Position numbers and translations under genes: made by a program
Origin: an uncultured Eubacteriales bacterium
GTDB taxonomy: Bacteria; Bacillota; Clostridia; Oscillospirales; UBA644
Assembly (NCBI GenBank): GCA_934454405.1
Contig: CAKSFN010000009.1
Span: forward strand, 30,323 to 94,322
DNA: 64,000 bases
Direction: 5' to 3'
Part shown: positions 62,810 to 64,000 of the stretch, in pieces
Position numbering within the stretch: the first letter of the stretch is position 1
Layout: every line of letters begins with the position of its first letter
The notes under the pieces: generated by a model
What the model was told of the DNA's origin: nothing
Seen by the model: only the letters and a program-made list of their open reading frames with translations
The model's database searches: none

Positions 62810-63361
62810 ATGCTTCAATATTTTCCCGGAACGGTAACTGAAAAAAACGGACGTTCTGCAAAAGAACTTTTTGAAGACGTTTTTGACGGCTCGGACGGCA
62901 TTATGCTGATGACGGTTCGGAACATAACGGGACTTGATACGCCGACGCTGCAAAACTGGGTTCATCGCGGCTGGGTCAAACGCCCCGTACATAAAAAATA
63001 TTCGGTTGATCATCTGGCGCGCATTCTGATTATCAACGCCCTGCGCTCCGTGACAAGCATGGAAAACATTTCAAAGGTTCTGAACACGGTTTGCGGCAGC
63101 GTTGACGGCTCGCGTGAGGGGATAGTTTCGGACGCCCGTTTTTATGAGTATTTTGTGGACGCTTCCGAACGCGTTGAATACGGCGAGCTCGAACCGGGCA
63201 GCGACATCGACAAAACCGTTTCCGAGACCATCGCCGACTATAACGCTCCGACGCGGGAGGCAAAAGAACTTCTTCATCGCTGTATAAGAATTTTTGTTTT
63301 GTTCATCGCCTCCGAGCTTCTTCGCGGAAGAGCAGATTCCGCGATAGCGGAGCTTGAATGA
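62810..63361 (+). CDS. DUF1836 domain protein
   Basis: 183 aa. TPTLQNWVHRGWVKRPVHKKYSVDHLARILIINALRSV matches the DUF1836 pattern as recalled. Confidence 0.7.
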   Translation: MLQYFPGTVTEKNGRSAKELFEDVFDGSDGIMLMTVRNITGLDTPTLQNWVHRGWVKRPVHKKYSVDHLARILIINALRSVTSMENISKVLNTVCGSVDGSREGIVSDARFYEYFVDASERVEYGELEPGSDIDKTVSETIADYNAPTREAKELLHRCIRIFVLFIASELLRGRADSAIAELE

Positions 63362-63375
63362 GGGGAGAATGCAAA

Positions 63376-63924
63376 ATGGAAGATATTAAAGTTTTGTCAA
63401 GCGAAAAAAAGTATTCGGGAAAAATCGTCGGCGTCCGCGTTGACACAATAGAGGAAAACGGTCGGGCGTGCCTGCGCGAAGTGGTGGAACATTGCGAGGC
63501 GGCGTGCGTTATGCCGGTGGACGACGACGGATACACGTATCTTGTCCGTCAGTACCGCCACGGGATAGGCAGGTATTCGGAGGAGTTTCCTGCGGGGAAA
63601 GTCGATCCCGGCGAAACGGGTGAGGAATGCGCGGTTCGCGAATGCGAAGAGGAAATAGGCGCGGTGTGCGAAGATCTTTGTTATCTTATGCCCATGCCCG
63701 TCAGCCCCGCGTACTGCGAGGAGATTATACATTTATATTTTGCAAAAGTCAAAATCGAAGGAATGCAGCATCTGGATGACGGCGAGTTTCTTACCGTCGA
63801 GCGCGTTTCGGTGGACGAAGTTATTCGCCGCATAGACGAAGGTCGGATAACGGACGCGAAAACCGTTGTTTTGGCTCTTGCATATCTCCATAAAAACAAT
63901 AAACAGCAAAATGCGGAGGGTTGA
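63376..63924 (+). CDS. NUDIX hydrolase (ADP-ribose pyrophosphatase-like)
   Basis: Nudix box GKVDPGETGEECAVRECEEEIG. GGGGAG precedes ATG 63376. Confidence 0.88.
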   Translation: MEDIKVLSSEKKYSGKIVGVRVDTIEENGRACLREVVEHCEAACVMPVDDDGYTYLVRQYRHGIGRYSEEFPAGKVDPGETGEECAVRECEEEIGAVCEDLCYLMPMPVSPAYCEEIIHLYFAKVKIEGMQHLDDGEFLTVERVSVDEVIRRIDEGRITDAKTVVLALAYLHKNNKQQNAEG

Positions 63925-63937
63925 CCTCCGCTTTTTT
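63913..63937. terminator. Bidirectional terminator overlapping the NUDIX stop
   Basis: gcggagg (63913-63919) pairs with cctccgc (63925-63931), then a T6 run. Confidence 0.65.
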
Positions 63938-63940
63938 GCG

Positions 63941-64000
63941 CTATTTTTTCAATTCCGTCAACGGTTTGAATTCATACCCCTCATTTTTCCAGCCCCGTAT
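63941..64000 (-). CDS. C-terminal 19 codons of an unidentified reverse-strand gene entering from the right edge
   Basis: Only one reverse frame is open to the window edge (...IRGWKNEGYEFKPLTELKK, then TAG at 63943-63941). The terminator lies directly downstream. Confidence 0.35.
   Translation of the reverse strand: MRGWKNEGYEFKPLTELKK

Noticed and set aside
1-64000. Scan for rRNA, tRNA, CRISPR arrays, IS/transposase, integrase, phage or classic defence genes
   Set aside because: None was found. There are no cloverleaf-compatible T-arm or anticodon segments, no regularly spaced repeats, and no transposase, integrase or restriction-like ORFs. Apart from the solo mazF, the window is housekeeping and sporulation content.

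Overview
This 64-kb window looks like a core chromosomal segment of a spore-forming Firmicute. It is probably a Clostridia member of the Oscillospiraceae/Ruminococcaceae type with roughly 50% GC; the taxon is inferred from gene content only. No rRNA, tRNA, CRISPR array, IS element or prophage was seen.

Gene content in order:
- Two paralogous CBM9-like surface proteins.
- A solo mazF/endoA-type toxin and an unannotated 42-codon Cys-rich micro-ORF.
- tsaD-rimI-LMW phosphatase-polA.
- A complete dcw cluster: mraZ-rsmH-ftsL-PBP2B-murE-murF-mraY(like)-ftsW-murG-murA-ftsQ-ftsZ.
- A divergently transcribed redox and split-transketolase cluster at 23.1-31.0 kb.
- A reverse-strand operon trmK-nif3-rqcH-elaA-tandem GNAT, plus trmO.
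- A sugar kinase-like/SIS gene pair and a class A PBP.
- rplM-rpsI, DUF1015 and mtnN.
- The B. subtilis-like yabM/yabO(rqcP)/yabP/yabQ/divIC/yabR sporulation and division block.
- A two-gene SleC-like cortex hydrolase.
- An AT-rich pth cassette flanked by about 80-bp direct repeats.
- DUF308-nfo-srtB, spoIIP-gpr, rpsT, panT-coaW, fsa/tal, a SpoIIQ-like M23 peptidase, DUF1836 and NUDIX.

Most of the window is ordinary housekeeping. The items most worth a second look:
1. The dcw-embedded MraY homologue appears to lack the catalytic Asp and His-triad residues, and murD is missing from the cluster.
2. A 550-bp gap between convergent genes is rich in nested helices and ends in a canonical plus-strand terminator, so it is a candidate structured RNA.
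3. The repeat-flanked low-GC pth insertion.
4. The split SleC arrangement.
5. The Cys-rich micro-ORF next to the antitoxin-less MazF.

All calls rest on reading the sequence and on family motifs recalled from memory. No database search was run.
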